From contig OZ250150.1 of NCBI GenBank assembly GCA_965237675.1, forward strand, positions 3,712,001 through 3,776,000: a DNA stretch of 64,000 nucleotides, read 5' to 3'. Under the pieces are notes generated by a model. It saw nothing but the letters and a program-made list of their open reading frames with translations. It made no database searches and was not told the origin of the DNA. How positions within the stretch are numbered: position 1 is the stretch's first letter; every line of letters starts with the position of its first letter. The DNA comes from Candidatus Latescibacterota bacterium (GTDB lineage Bacteria; Latescibacterota; UBA2968; GCA-2709665). Positions 49,974-59,323 of this stretch are shown one piece after another. Position numbers and translations under genes: made by a program.

Positions 49974-51173
49974 ATGTTTGAAACGCTCGAGATGGCACCC
50001 GCAGATCCGATTTTGGGATTGACCGCGGCATATAACGAAGATACCGATCCTAATCGAATCAATCTCGGCGTCGGTGAGTATAAAGACGGCGATGGCAACA
50101 CACCGGTTTTCAAGTCGGTGCAGAATGCGGAAACCCGGATCCTCACCCGGCAGACCACCAAGAACTACCTGCCGATTTCGGGTGGGCCGGAATATGCGGC
50201 CGCAGTACAGGCCCTTTTGTTTGGTCCAAATCATGAAATTGTTACAGGCAAACGAGCGGCAACCGTACATGCTCCGGGCGGGACTGGGGGATTGCGGGTT
50301 GCCGGTGATTTCGTACACAAGCTGTTTCCGAACGCCAGGATCTGGCTGAGTGATCCGACCTGGGCGAATCATCCCAATGTTTACAGACACGCAGGGGTCG
50401 CCTTGGAGACCTATCCGTATTTGGATAAGGATACAAACGGCCTGGATTTTCCCGCCATGCTCGATGCCCTTAGGGCGGTTCCAGAGGGAGATATCGTACT
50501 GTTGCACGGCTGTTGTCACAACCCGACGGGTATCGATCCGACGCCCGAACAATGGGCGCAGATCGCAGCCGCAGCCGGGGCGAGCGGCTGGATCCCGCTT
50601 GTCGACCTCGCTTACCAGGGGTTGGGTGAAGGGCTCGAGCCGGATAGACAGGGTTTAACGGCGCTGTGTCGTTCGGGTGCGGAATTGATGGTGTCGAGTT
50701 CGTATTCAAAGAATTTCGGTCTGTATAACGAGCGCGTCGGCGCGTTGACCCTCGTGGCATCGTCGCCTGAGGCGGCCAGGGCGTTGATGAGTCAGGTGAT
50801 GATTTGTATCCGTGCCAATTATTCGAACCCGCCGGCCCACGGCGCGGCCATCGTGACGGAGGTTCTGAACGATTCCCGGCTTCGCCGCCAATGGGAGGGT
50901 GAGGTAAAAGAGATGCGGAACCGCATCAACCGTATGCGCTCTTTGTTTGTGGATACCCTGGAACGGAAGGGTGTACGGCGCGATTTCTCCTTCATCGCCA
51001 GGCAGCGGGGCATGTTCTCGTTTTCGGGCTTGAACAAGGAACAGGTGGATGCCCTCCGAGAGAGATATTCAATCTATATGGTGGGTTCGGGTCGGATAAA
51101 CGTGGCCGGCATCACCGAGGTGAATGTCGACTATCTCTGCGATTCGATTGCCGCGGTGCTGCGGGCGTCGTAA
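49974..51173 (+). CDS. aspC: Aspartate/aromatic aminotransferase (subfamily I-alpha)
   Basis: PADPIL, INLGVG.YKD, GGTGGL, PTWANH, HGCCHNPTG, D.AYQG, SYSKNFGLYNERVG, GRINVAG. Confidence 0.9.
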   Translation: MFETLEMAPADPILGLTAAYNEDTDPNRINLGVGEYKDGDGNTPVFKSVQNAETRILTRQTTKNYLPISGGPEYAAAVQALLFGPNHEIVTGKRAATVHAPGGTGGLRVAGDFVHKLFPNARIWLSDPTWANHPNVYRHAGVALETYPYLDKDTNGLDFPAMLDALRAVPEGDIVLLHGCCHNPTGIDPTPEQWAQIAAAAGASGWIPLVDLAYQGLGEGLEPDRQGLTALCRSGAELMVSSSYSKNFGLYNERVGALTLVASSPEAARALMSQVMICIRANYSNPPAHGAAIVTEVLNDSRLRRQWEGEVKEMRNRINRMRSLFVDTLERKGVRRDFSFIARQRGMFSFSGLNKEQVDALRERYSIYMVGSGRINVAGITEVNVDYLCDSIAAVLRAS

Positions 51174-51262
51174 CACCTCGGCATCGACGAATGTGGTGCG
51201 TGCGATCTTACCGCCGATCCGATCGAGGTGGGAGCAGCCGTGAAAGCGCGGGCGAGTAAACG

Positions 51263-52765
51263 ATGAACGATTCGCTGTTCTGGGGAGACCTGCACACGCA
51301 TTGTGCGATCAGCTATGGTTACGGCAGTCTGGACCGGGCCTTCAGACTGGGCCGCGAGCATCTGGATTTTTGTTCGGTGGTAGGACATGCGACGTGGCAC
51401 GACATGCCGGTCGATCGGGATCGTCACGGCTTCATCATCGACTATCATAGAGAGGGATTCGCCACGCTGAAGCGAAACTGGAAGCACGTGAAGGAAACGG
51501 TGAATCGGTATAATCAGCCGGGGCAGTTCGTCACGTTTCCGGGTTATGAGTGGCACTCGTGCGCCTACGGTGACCACAACGTGTATTACATGGAAGACGG
51601 CGGCGAAATTGTCGAGCGCGATAGCCTCGAGGAACTGGACGAAGCGCTTGAGGGGCAGGAGGTTATGATTCATCCCCATCATATCGGTTATGGCGAAGGA
51701 TATCGCGGGATAAACTGGTCCCATTTTGACGCTCGGCGGTCTCCGGCCGTCGAGATTCTGTCCGGCCATGGGGGGTCGGAGCGGGACGGTGGGCCGTACC
51801 CCATGTACCATACGATGGGGCCCAGGCAATATCGGGGAACGTTGGCATACGGGCTGGAACTCGGTCACCGGTTCGGATTTCTGGGAGGCACGGATCATCA
51901 CGGGGGATATCCCGGGCATTACGGAGAGGGAAGAACCGGCGTGTACGCGCCGGAACTCACGCGCCGGGCGATCTGGGACGCGATCCGCGCCAGACGCTGC
52001 TATGCGGTGACGGGGAATCGGATCGCGTTGGATTTTTCCATTAACGATGCGAAAATGGGTGACGAGGTTGCGTTTTCAGGCCCCCGTGAGATTCGTGTAT
52101 CGGTGAGTGGATCCGACGTGCTCGACCAGATAGAGGTCGTGAAGAACAACCGGCCGTTGAGACGTGTTTTCGGACCCCCGCCCGTTGCGGCGCTGCCTGA
52201 CCCGGTCCGGGCGAAGATCCGCGTGGAATGGGGCTGGGGCGACAAAGAGGAGTGGGTGCGATGGGATGCTCGGGTTCGGCTTTCCGATGGACGGCTGGTT
52301 TCCGTGGAGCCCTGTTTCACCGGCGACCCCGTGCTGGCGCCCTCGGCGGATGGTGCGGTTACGGAAACCGGTGAGGAACCGATTCACGGCATTGTGGCTC
52401 ATGATGAACGGCATGTGGCCTGGTTTTCCCATACCCGGGGCAATTCGCACCCGTACCTGCGGGGCACCAACGCGTTGGTCCTGGAATTGGATTCGCCACG
52501 ATCCGCCTCGTTGGAATTCAGTCTCAACGGCGCGACCTATCGCTACGTGCTGGCGGATCTCTTCGAGGGATCCAGGAGCGAATTTATCCGGGGATGGCGA
52601 TCCGAGGCCATGCTCGTGCACCGGGCCGTGCCCCAGGCACAGCTGCAGACGACGCTGGAGTTTGAAGATGACGAACCGGAGCGCGAGACCGATTTCTATT
52701 ATGTCCGTGTGGCGCAGGAGAACAACCAGTGGGCCTGGGCCAGCCCTATCTGGGTGTCGAGTTGA
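51263..52765 (+). CDS. PHP-like metallohydrolase (DUF3604/CehA-McbA-like)
   Basis: WGDLHTH, PGYEW, GDHNV, HPHH, GGTDHH, RRCYAVTG, YYVRV.Q...AWASPIW. Confidence 0.75.
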   Translation: MNDSLFWGDLHTHCAISYGYGSLDRAFRLGREHLDFCSVVGHATWHDMPVDRDRHGFIIDYHREGFATLKRNWKHVKETVNRYNQPGQFVTFPGYEWHSCAYGDHNVYYMEDGGEIVERDSLEELDEALEGQEVMIHPHHIGYGEGYRGINWSHFDARRSPAVEILSGHGGSERDGGPYPMYHTMGPRQYRGTLAYGLELGHRFGFLGGTDHHGGYPGHYGEGRTGVYAPELTRRAIWDAIRARRCYAVTGNRIALDFSINDAKMGDEVAFSGPREIRVSVSGSDVLDQIEVVKNNRPLRRVFGPPPVAALPDPVRAKIRVEWGWGDKEEWVRWDARVRLSDGRLVSVEPCFTGDPVLAPSADGAVTETGEEPIHGIVAHDERHVAWFSHTRGNSHPYLRGTNALVLELDSPRSASLEFSLNGATYRYVLADLFEGSRSEFIRGWRSEAMLVHRAVPQAQLQTTLEFEDDEPERETDFYYVRVAQENNQWAWASPIWVSS

Positions 52766-52885
52766 TTGTGCGCAAGAATATGGAGATGTGGATGCGTATG
52801 ATTGGCGCGATTGGTTGCACCGGGTTAAGATCAGGGGTATCCGTGAGCGCCGTGTGGAATGTATCGTGAGAAATGGAGGTCGTTC

Positions 52886-53659
52886 ATGGTTCTGAAAGAC
52901 CGGGTGGCGATCGTGACCGGTGGCAGTTCGGGAATCGGCCGGGGCGTCGCCCTGGAATTTGCAGGAGAGGGGGCGACGGTGGTGGTGGCCGATGTCCAGG
53001 AGGCGCCGAAGCAGGGGAAATATCACGAGCAGGAGGTTGGGTCACCGACTCTGGAGGAGGTTCGCAGGCTGGGTAGTGACGGGATGTTTATCGAAACCGA
53101 CATGGGTGACGCCGCCGCGGTTGAGGCGCTGGTGAATCGGACGGCTGATGCGTTCGGTGGACTGGACATTCTGGTGAATAACGCGGGGATACACATTCCG
53201 GGAGACAGCCAGTCGCTATCGCTGGAGGCGTGGGACAGGGTGATCGGAGTCAACTTGCGAGGGGTATTCGTCGCGTCCAGAGCCGCGATTCCTCATCTGA
53301 AGCGATCTCAAGCCGGAAGAATCATCAATATCGCGTCGGTGCATTCTTTTGGCGGTGGTGGGGGTCCCGCCTATGCGCCCGCCAAAGCCGGCGTGGTCAA
53401 CCTCACGCGCGATCTGGCGATGGAAGTGGCGCCGGAAGGGGTTACGGCAAACGCGATCTGCCCGGGCTATATCGAAACCGCCATCCAGGACTATCTGACG
53501 GAGGAACAGATCCAGGATGCGCTGGACAGGACGCCGCTTCCCCGATTCGGATTGCCGCGGGATATCGGCCGAGCCTGTGTGTTTCTTGCGTCCTCGGATG
53601 CGGAGTGGATTACGGCGGTGGCGTTGCCGGTAGATGGCGGCTGGCTCGCCCCGGTTTGA
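52886..53659 (+). CDS. Short-chain dehydrogenase/reductase
   Basis: VTGGSSGIG, LVNNAG, YAPAK, NAICPG, VDGG; GGAGG RBS. Confidence 0.9.
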   Translation: MVLKDRVAIVTGGSSGIGRGVALEFAGEGATVVVADVQEAPKQGKYHEQEVGSPTLEEVRRLGSDGMFIETDMGDAAAVEALVNRTADAFGGLDILVNNAGIHIPGDSQSLSLEAWDRVIGVNLRGVFVASRAAIPHLKRSQAGRIINIASVHSFGGGGGPAYAPAKAGVVNLTRDLAMEVAPEGVTANAICPGYIETAIQDYLTEEQIQDALDRTPLPRFGLPRDIGRACVFLASSDAEWITAVALPVDGGWLAPV

Positions 53660-53728
53660 TCGGATACGGATACATACCGCCTCGGCTGGCGCATCGTGTC
53701 CGCGCACTGCCCGATTCTTGAGGAAATT

Positions 53729-54796
53729 ATGGAGATTCGAGCCGTCCGGGAAGACGAAATCGAGGAGACGTTAGAACTCCAGAGACTGGTATTTCGACCG
53801 GACGAGGGAGCGGGGGCGCTCGACCGGTACCGGACGTACGTGCGGGACGATCCGAGCTATCGGCTGGATCAGTCGCGGGTTCTCCTGGAAGACGGGCGAA
53901 TCGTGGCGCATTTGCGGGTATGGGATCGGGCAATTCGCGTTCGCGGGGCTGTGATTCGCGCCGGCGGTATCGGCAGCGTGCTGACCCACCCGGAATACAG
54001 GGGCAGGGGATTTGCGCGTGCGCTGATGCGGAAAACGGAAGCGTATATGCTCAATGCCGGGTACGACGTCGGTCTCCTCTTTACGATTATCGGGACACCA
54101 TTCTACGAGACGCTGGGTTGGGCACCCATTCCGCTGCCGACGTTTGCGATTGACCTGGCGTCCGGAACCGTCGACCACGAGGTGAGTCGTGTCAGAACTC
54201 TGGATGTCGCGCGGGATCTGGATGCCGTTATGGCGATTTACGAGCAGTGTTCCCGCAGCCTGACCGGTCCTGAAGTGAGGCCAAGGGAGTACTGGACGGC
54301 AGGCCCCTCGCGAATACGGGGTGTTTTCCCTCAGTGGGGCGTTGGGCAGGATGCGGATCTGTGCGGTTATGCGACCTTCGACGCAACCGGGGATCGGATC
54401 TGGGTGAAAGAAGGATGCGTTCAGCCATCGCATGAAGCGGTGTTCGCGGACCTGGCGCGGTGGGTTTGCCGGTGCGCCCGCCAGAACGGATTGACTCGGG
54501 TAGAGGGCAGTCTTCCGGCGGAACACGGGTTGGTACGCGCGCTCGAAGAGGTCTGTGGTTCCACTGCGGCGTGGGACGGCCACGATGAGATGATGTTGAA
54601 GGGAATCAACTGGCGAAGAATCAAGGAAAAGCTGGACGGGAATCCGCCGCCCGGGGGAGCGCCGGCAGCCGAGGGAGCGTTCTGGCGCGCGTTATTCGGT
54701 CAGGATGTGGACGGTATGGATGAATCGCTGACGGAGTGGATGGATTCGTTGCCGGAGTGCGAGGGGCCGTTCTACTGGTGGAGCGATATTTTTTAG
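53729..54796 (+). CDS. GNAT acetyltransferase, Eis-like
   Basis: GIGSVLTHPEYRGRGFARALM acetyl-CoA motif, FYETLGW, second GNAT-like domain. Confidence 0.82.
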   Translation: MEIRAVREDEIEETLELQRLVFRPDEGAGALDRYRTYVRDDPSYRLDQSRVLLEDGRIVAHLRVWDRAIRVRGAVIRAGGIGSVLTHPEYRGRGFARALMRKTEAYMLNAGYDVGLLFTIIGTPFYETLGWAPIPLPTFAIDLASGTVDHEVSRVRTLDVARDLDAVMAIYEQCSRSLTGPEVRPREYWTAGPSRIRGVFPQWGVGQDADLCGYATFDATGDRIWVKEGCVQPSHEAVFADLARWVCRCARQNGLTRVEGSLPAEHGLVRALEEVCGSTAAWDGHDEMMLKGINWRRIKEKLDGNPPPGGAPAAEGAFWRALFGQDVDGMDESLTEWMDSLPECEGPFYWWSDIF

Positions 54797-56661
54797 TATT
54801 CGCAGCGGCCGTGGTTGGGGTTGAGCCGCGCTTCGGCATCGTCCACCATCCCTTTCAGAATTTGTGCTGCAAGCTGGTCGATGGCGGTTTTCGTCTCCTC
54901 CAGGTTGGATCCGCACAGGTGAGGATGGTCCACAGACGCCGCTGAGACGTAGTATTTGATTTTGGGTTCCGTGCCTGAAGGTCGGGCGGTGACACGGGAA
55001 TGGCCGGCGGACGTGAAGGTGAAGGCAATCACGTCGCCCTTTGCGCCGTCGATCCTTCGGCCGATGCCCGTCTGCAGGTTCAGTGCCCTCCCCACCCTTC
55101 TGTCGATGATCTCCACGATGTCGCAGCCGCCGATCTGTCGGGGTGGATGGGTTCTGAGGGATTCCATAATTTGAACGATATCCCGGCTGCCCTGTGCCCC
55201 GGATCGGAAAACGGACTCCTGGATTTCCCTGAAGTATCCGTATTCCCTGTAGATGTCGTCCAGGTAGTCTCGCAGTGTGCGCCGACGGGTTTTCAGGTCC
55301 GCGGCGCATTCCGACAGGAGGACGGCGGCAACGGCGGCGTCCTTGTCTCTGGTGAAAGATCCGGCCAGATAACCGTGGCTTTCTTCGGTTCCGAAGAGGA
55401 ATTTGGCGCCCGGCAGAAGATTGGCGATAATCCCACCGATGTATTTGAAGCCGACCAGCAGGTCGTCTACCACCGTGGCGTCGAAGGCACGTGCGATGAT
55501 GGACGTGAGGTCGGTTGTGACGATTGTTTTCGCGACCACGCCACCGCCCGCCGGTTCCCGGCGGTTCTTTTTCGTCTGTAAGAGGTAGTGGCACAGGACA
55601 ACGCCAATCTGATTGCCGTTGAGCGCAAGATCCTCAAGGGGGGCGTTCCATCCGTATCGGGAATCCGGAACCGCGCACCCGAGCCGGTCGGCGTCGGGAT
55701 CGCTGGCAATGACCATATCGGCGTCGATCTCGGCGGCTTTTTCTACGGCCAGAGCGAGCGCGCGGGGATCTTCGGGGTTGGCGATGCCGTTCCGGACCGT
55801 CGGGAAGTTGCCGTCCGGTTGCGCCTGCGATGCAACAACGTGCAGGTCCGCGTAGCCGAGGATATGCAGGACCGGCGATATCGACGTGGTACCCACACCA
55901 TGTAACGGAGTGTAGACCAGACGGACGTTGCGTTCGGGGCTGAGAGAGAGGTTCGCCAGTTCACGCAGATAGAGCGTGTCGATGGTCCGGCCGAGGTTTC
56001 CGACGAGGCCCTTTTCAACCGCCTGACTGAAGTCGCACTTCTTGATTGCACGTACGGATTTGACTTCCGCGATGATGTTTCTGTCGTGAGGAGGCACAAC
56101 CTGGCCGCCGTCGGACCAGTACACCTTGATGCCGTTGTCGGTAGGCGGGTTGTGGCTGGCGCTGATCACCACACCGGCAACCGCGTTGGTCTGCCGGACC
56201 GTAAAGGAAAGTTGGGGGGAGGACCGGAATGTTCCGAAGAGTCTGGCGTGGATACCGTTGCCAGCCAGAACAGCCGCGACCTCATTGGCGAAGTCTTCCG
56301 AATTATTCCGGGTGTCGTATGCGATGACAACGCCACGATGCGGTGTATCGGTGCCGGATTTGAGGATGTATTGTGCGATTCCCTGGGCGGCTTCCCCGAC
56401 GGTTCGCAAGTTGATGCGGTTTGGACCCGGCCCCATGGCGCCCCGAATCCCACCGGTGCCGAATGCGATCCGGATGCGAAAGGCGTCTTCGAGTTCCTCC
56501 ACGTCTCCAGCCAGCACCAGGTTCTGAATATCTGCGACAGCGGCAGCGTAAACGGGGTCGGTGAGCCAGAGTACGGCGTTCTTCCCGGCGGCTCCGGAGA
56601 GTTCGCCCGCGGCGACCCAGAGTTCGATATTTTTGAGGATGTGCGTGGGCGTTTTTTGCAC
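54793..56661 (-). CDS. pgm: Phosphoglucomutase/phosphomannomutase
   Basis: FGTGGIRG, ISASHNP (phosphoserine), DPDADR, GFKYI, EESHG, RPSGTEPKIKYY. Confidence 0.9.
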   Translation of the reverse strand: MQKTPTHILKNIELWVAAGELSGAAGKNAVLWLTDPVYAAAVADIQNLVLAGDVEELEDAFRIRIAFGTGGIRGAMGPGPNRINLRTVGEAAQGIAQYILKSGTDTPHRGVVIAYDTRNNSEDFANEVAAVLAGNGIHARLFGTFRSSPQLSFTVRQTNAVAGVVISASHNPPTDNGIKVYWSDGGQVVPPHDRNIIAEVKSVRAIKKCDFSQAVEKGLVGNLGRTIDTLYLRELANLSLSPERNVRLVYTPLHGVGTTSISPVLHILGYADLHVVASQAQPDGNFPTVRNGIANPEDPRALALAVEKAAEIDADMVIASDPDADRLGCAVPDSRYGWNAPLEDLALNGNQIGVVLCHYLLQTKKNRREPAGGGVVAKTIVTTDLTSIIARAFDATVVDDLLVGFKYIGGIIANLLPGAKFLFGTEESHGYLAGSFTRDKDAAVAAVLLSECAADLKTRRRTLRDYLDDIYREYGYFREIQESVFRSGAQGSRDIVQIMESLRTHPPRQIGGCDIVEIIDRRVGRALNLQTGIGRRIDGAKGDVIAFTFTSAGHSRVTARPSGTEPKIKYYVSAASVDHPHLCGSNLEETKTAIDQLAAQILKGMVDDAEARLNPNHGRCEY

Positions 56662-56850
56662 AGAATTGCTCCTGTTGAATGCCCGCCAATTCCGTTGAAG
56701 ATAGATTGCGGCATGCCCGGCGGGTGCCCGCCGGTTCGGTGCTTTCTAATATATCCTATGAGAGGCCACGATCAACAGATAAATCGCTTGACTTTCGGAA
56801 GGCATTGTGCATATTGTTCGTAAGTGAAACAGTTATAAGGAGTTGGCCAT

Positions 56851-57540
56851 ATGCCTACACTCTTTTTGTTGCCGCTCGCAGCCGTGTTGTTTTTCCTGCA
56901 ACCGGTCCGAGTGTGGGCAAGAGGAACGTGCGGCGAAGGGCGGGAACCGGGGTTGGATTTGCGTTTGAGGCCGTGGATCGGTTTGGCGGGTATCCGGCTA
57001 TTCTACGCCAATGGCACATGGCGCGTGGGGGCGCTTGCGGGGTGGTGGACGGTGTGGACAACGCCGCTGGGAAAAGATAAGAGTCGGCGCAAGAAAAGCG
57101 GCACAAAGGAACGGGCCGAAGGGAAACCGCATGTTCTGGACCGGCTCTCGGCAATGGGCGATCGTTTGGCGCGGATTGGGGTTTATTTCAAGAGGCTGTG
57201 GTTGCCCGCACGGCGATTTGCGTCGCGGGTTCTGAAGGGGTTCCGTTTGCGCCGCTTTTCCTGTAAGGTCGTATTTGGCGCAGCCAATCCGGCCACCACC
57301 GGACAGGTTTTTGGGTACTTCATGGCGGCTTCGTCTTTAGCCGGGATAAGCGGATGCATTGAAGCGACCCCGGATTTTGAGCAGCGGCGGCTGGATGGCG
57401 AAGCCGAGGTGGAAATCCGGGTGTATCCCCACCGGCTGTTATGCGCGGTTGCCTGCGTTGCGTGGTGCGCAGCGCTGGCCTGGTTTTTGGAGCGACGTGA
57501 TCTGAAGCGGAGACAGGGGGCGTCAGGCGTGCCGGCGTAA
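56851..57540 (+). CDS. DUF2953/YtfI-like membrane-associated protein
   Basis: N-terminal hydrophobic segment, FGAANPATTGQVFG and TPDFE motifs; directly upstream of ytfJ. Confidence 0.65.
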   Translation: MPTLFLLPLAAVLFFLQPVRVWARGTCGEGREPGLDLRLRPWIGLAGIRLFYANGTWRVGALAGWWTVWTTPLGKDKSRRKKSGTKERAEGKPHVLDRLSAMGDRLARIGVYFKRLWLPARRFASRVLKGFRLRRFSCKVVFGAANPATTGQVFGYFMAASSLAGISGCIEATPDFEQRRLDGEAEVEIRVYPHRLLCAVACVAWCAALAWFLERRDLKRRQGASGVPA

Positions 57541-57568
57541 TGAGTTGAGTGGACCTTGAGGAGGCGTT

Positions 57569-57970
57569 ATGTCTGTTGAAGATCTCATCAAGACGGTGAT
57601 GACGGAATTCCGCCAAATGGTAAAGACGGAGACGGTTGTGGGCGAACCGATCGAGATAGGGGGGACGGTTGTGGTACCGGTGTCCAGGATTTCGTTCGGG
57701 TTCGGCGCGGGCGCGGGCGCGGACAAGACGGATGGTGGCGGGAGCGGAACCGGCGGCGGGGCTTCCGTGGAACCGCTGGCATTTTTTGTGATTCGAGACG
57801 GAAAAGCACAGATTCTCCCCGTACAGGAGAAAGAAGGATCCATAAAGGCGTTGTTGGATCTGGCACCGGACCTTCTGGCAAGAGTGAAGGCGTTCAAGGA
57901 GAAGAGAGACAGGAAAAGAGCCGAGGCGGAAGTCGAGACCGATTCCGGTGGTGACGACGTGAGCGCATAG
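57569..57970 (+). CDS. ytfJ: YtfJ/GerW family protein
   Basis: TETVVGEPI...VPVSRISFGFGAG...GTGGGASVEPLAF signature; GAGGAGG RBS. Confidence 0.85.
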   Translation: MSVEDLIKTVMTEFRQMVKTETVVGEPIEIGGTVVVPVSRISFGFGAGAGADKTDGGGSGTGGGASVEPLAFFVIRDGKAQILPVQEKEGSIKALLDLAPDLLARVKAFKEKRDRKRAEAEVETDSGGDDVSA

Positions 57971-57982
57971 GTCGGAGGAGCC

Positions 57983-59212
57983 ATGAACCGGCTGCTGCTT
58001 CTGATTCCGACAACGACCTATCGCACTCACGCTTTCATGGCCGCCGCCGCGTTGCTCGATGCAGCGGTGGTGGTGGGAACCGACCGCCGTCAGGCGCTGG
58101 AAAGTCAGATACCTGGAAGTACGCTGGCGCTGGACTTTGCAAGGCCCGCAGCCGCCGTGGAGGAGATTGTCGCTTTTTCGAAGGCGTACCCAATCCGGTC
58201 GGTGGTGGGCGTGGATGATAAGACCGTCCTGATCGCCGCGATGGCATGCAGGGCACTCGGACTTCCGCACAATTCGGTTGCGTCCGTCCGTGCGTCCCGG
58301 TACAAACACGTAATGCGCCAGATGCTTGCTGAAACAGGCCTGCCCTCTCCGGGGTTCAGGCTTTTTTCAATTTCGGAAGATCCGGAGGTGGCCGCCACAG
58401 AGGCGAAATATCCCTGTGTGTTGAAACCCGTGTATCTGTCCGCCAGCCGCGGCGTCATCCGCGCGAACGAAAGCGGGGAATTCGTGACGGCTTTCAACCG
58501 GATTCTGCGGTTGATTTCGGAGTCTGCCCACGATGCGCCTGAAGGCGGAGATTGCATTCTGGTGGAGGACTACATACCAGGCGAGGAGGTGGCGTTGGAG
58601 GGATTGCTGGTGGAGGGAGAGTTACGGACCCTCGCCTTGTTCGACAAACCGGATCCGCTCCGCGGGCCGTATTTTGCCGAGACACTGTACGTAACGCCCT
58701 CCCGGCTGCCCGAATCCACGCAGACACAGATCCGTGAGACCGCGCAGAGGGCCGCGCGTGCCCTTGGGCTGGGCGTGGGGCCCGTGCATGCCGAGTTGCG
58801 GCTGAATAGACGCGGCGTCTACGTCGTGGAAATCGCAGCGCGGTCCATCGGCGGGCTGTGTTCGCGTGTTTTACGTTTTGGCGCCGGCGCGTCGCTGGAA
58901 GAGCTGATTCTACGCCAGGCAACGGGGAACGCTCCGGGCGACTTGACGAGGGAAAATACCGCGGCCGGCGTGATGATGCTGCCGGTGCCGAAGCCGGGAA
59001 TTCTGCGGTCGGTGCAGGGGTTGGAACGTGCACGGTGCGTACGTGGAATTGTTGAGGTCGTGATGACCATTCCCCTGGATCAGCCTGTACAACCGCTGCC
59101 CGAGGGCGACCGGTATCTGGGCTTCATCTTCGCACGCGAAGAGACACCCGTGGCGGTGGAAGCGGCCCTTCGCGAGGCCTACCGCCGTCTCGGGGTGGTC
59201 ATCGAGGGATGA
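57983..59212 (+). CDS. ATP-grasp domain ligase
   Basis: YKHVMR, YPCVLKP, SASRGV, LVEDYIPGEE, PVHAELR, VEIAARSIGG; GGAGG RBS. Confidence 0.87.
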   Translation: MNRLLLLIPTTTYRTHAFMAAAALLDAAVVVGTDRRQALESQIPGSTLALDFARPAAAVEEIVAFSKAYPIRSVVGVDDKTVLIAAMACRALGLPHNSVASVRASRYKHVMRQMLAETGLPSPGFRLFSISEDPEVAATEAKYPCVLKPVYLSASRGVIRANESGEFVTAFNRILRLISESAHDAPEGGDCILVEDYIPGEEVALEGLLVEGELRTLALFDKPDPLRGPYFAETLYVTPSRLPESTQTQIRETAQRAARALGLGVGPVHAELRLNRRGVYVVEIAARSIGGLCSRVLRFGAGASLEELILRQATGNAPGDLTRENTAAGVMMLPVPKPGILRSVQGLERARCVRGIVEVVMTIPLDQPVQPLPEGDRYLGFIFAREETPVAVEAALREAYRRLGVVIEG

Positions 59213-59289
59213 TAGGGTGGCATTCAATCCGACGGGAGCCTGATCGGATTGCCCTGCGTCATTCCTTTAGCGACGTGCTTCCCGTTCTT

Positions 59290-59323
59290 CCAATCAGACA
59301 AGAGCAAACTGCTCTTCGGTTGG
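59290..59323 (-). promoter_or_regulatory. Putative bacterial SECIS element
   Basis: mRNA hairpin AAGAGCA-GUU-UGCUCUU (59316-59300) begins after a 13-nt spacer from the UGA, has G first in the loop, and a lower CCAA/UUGG stem. Confidence 0.7.
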
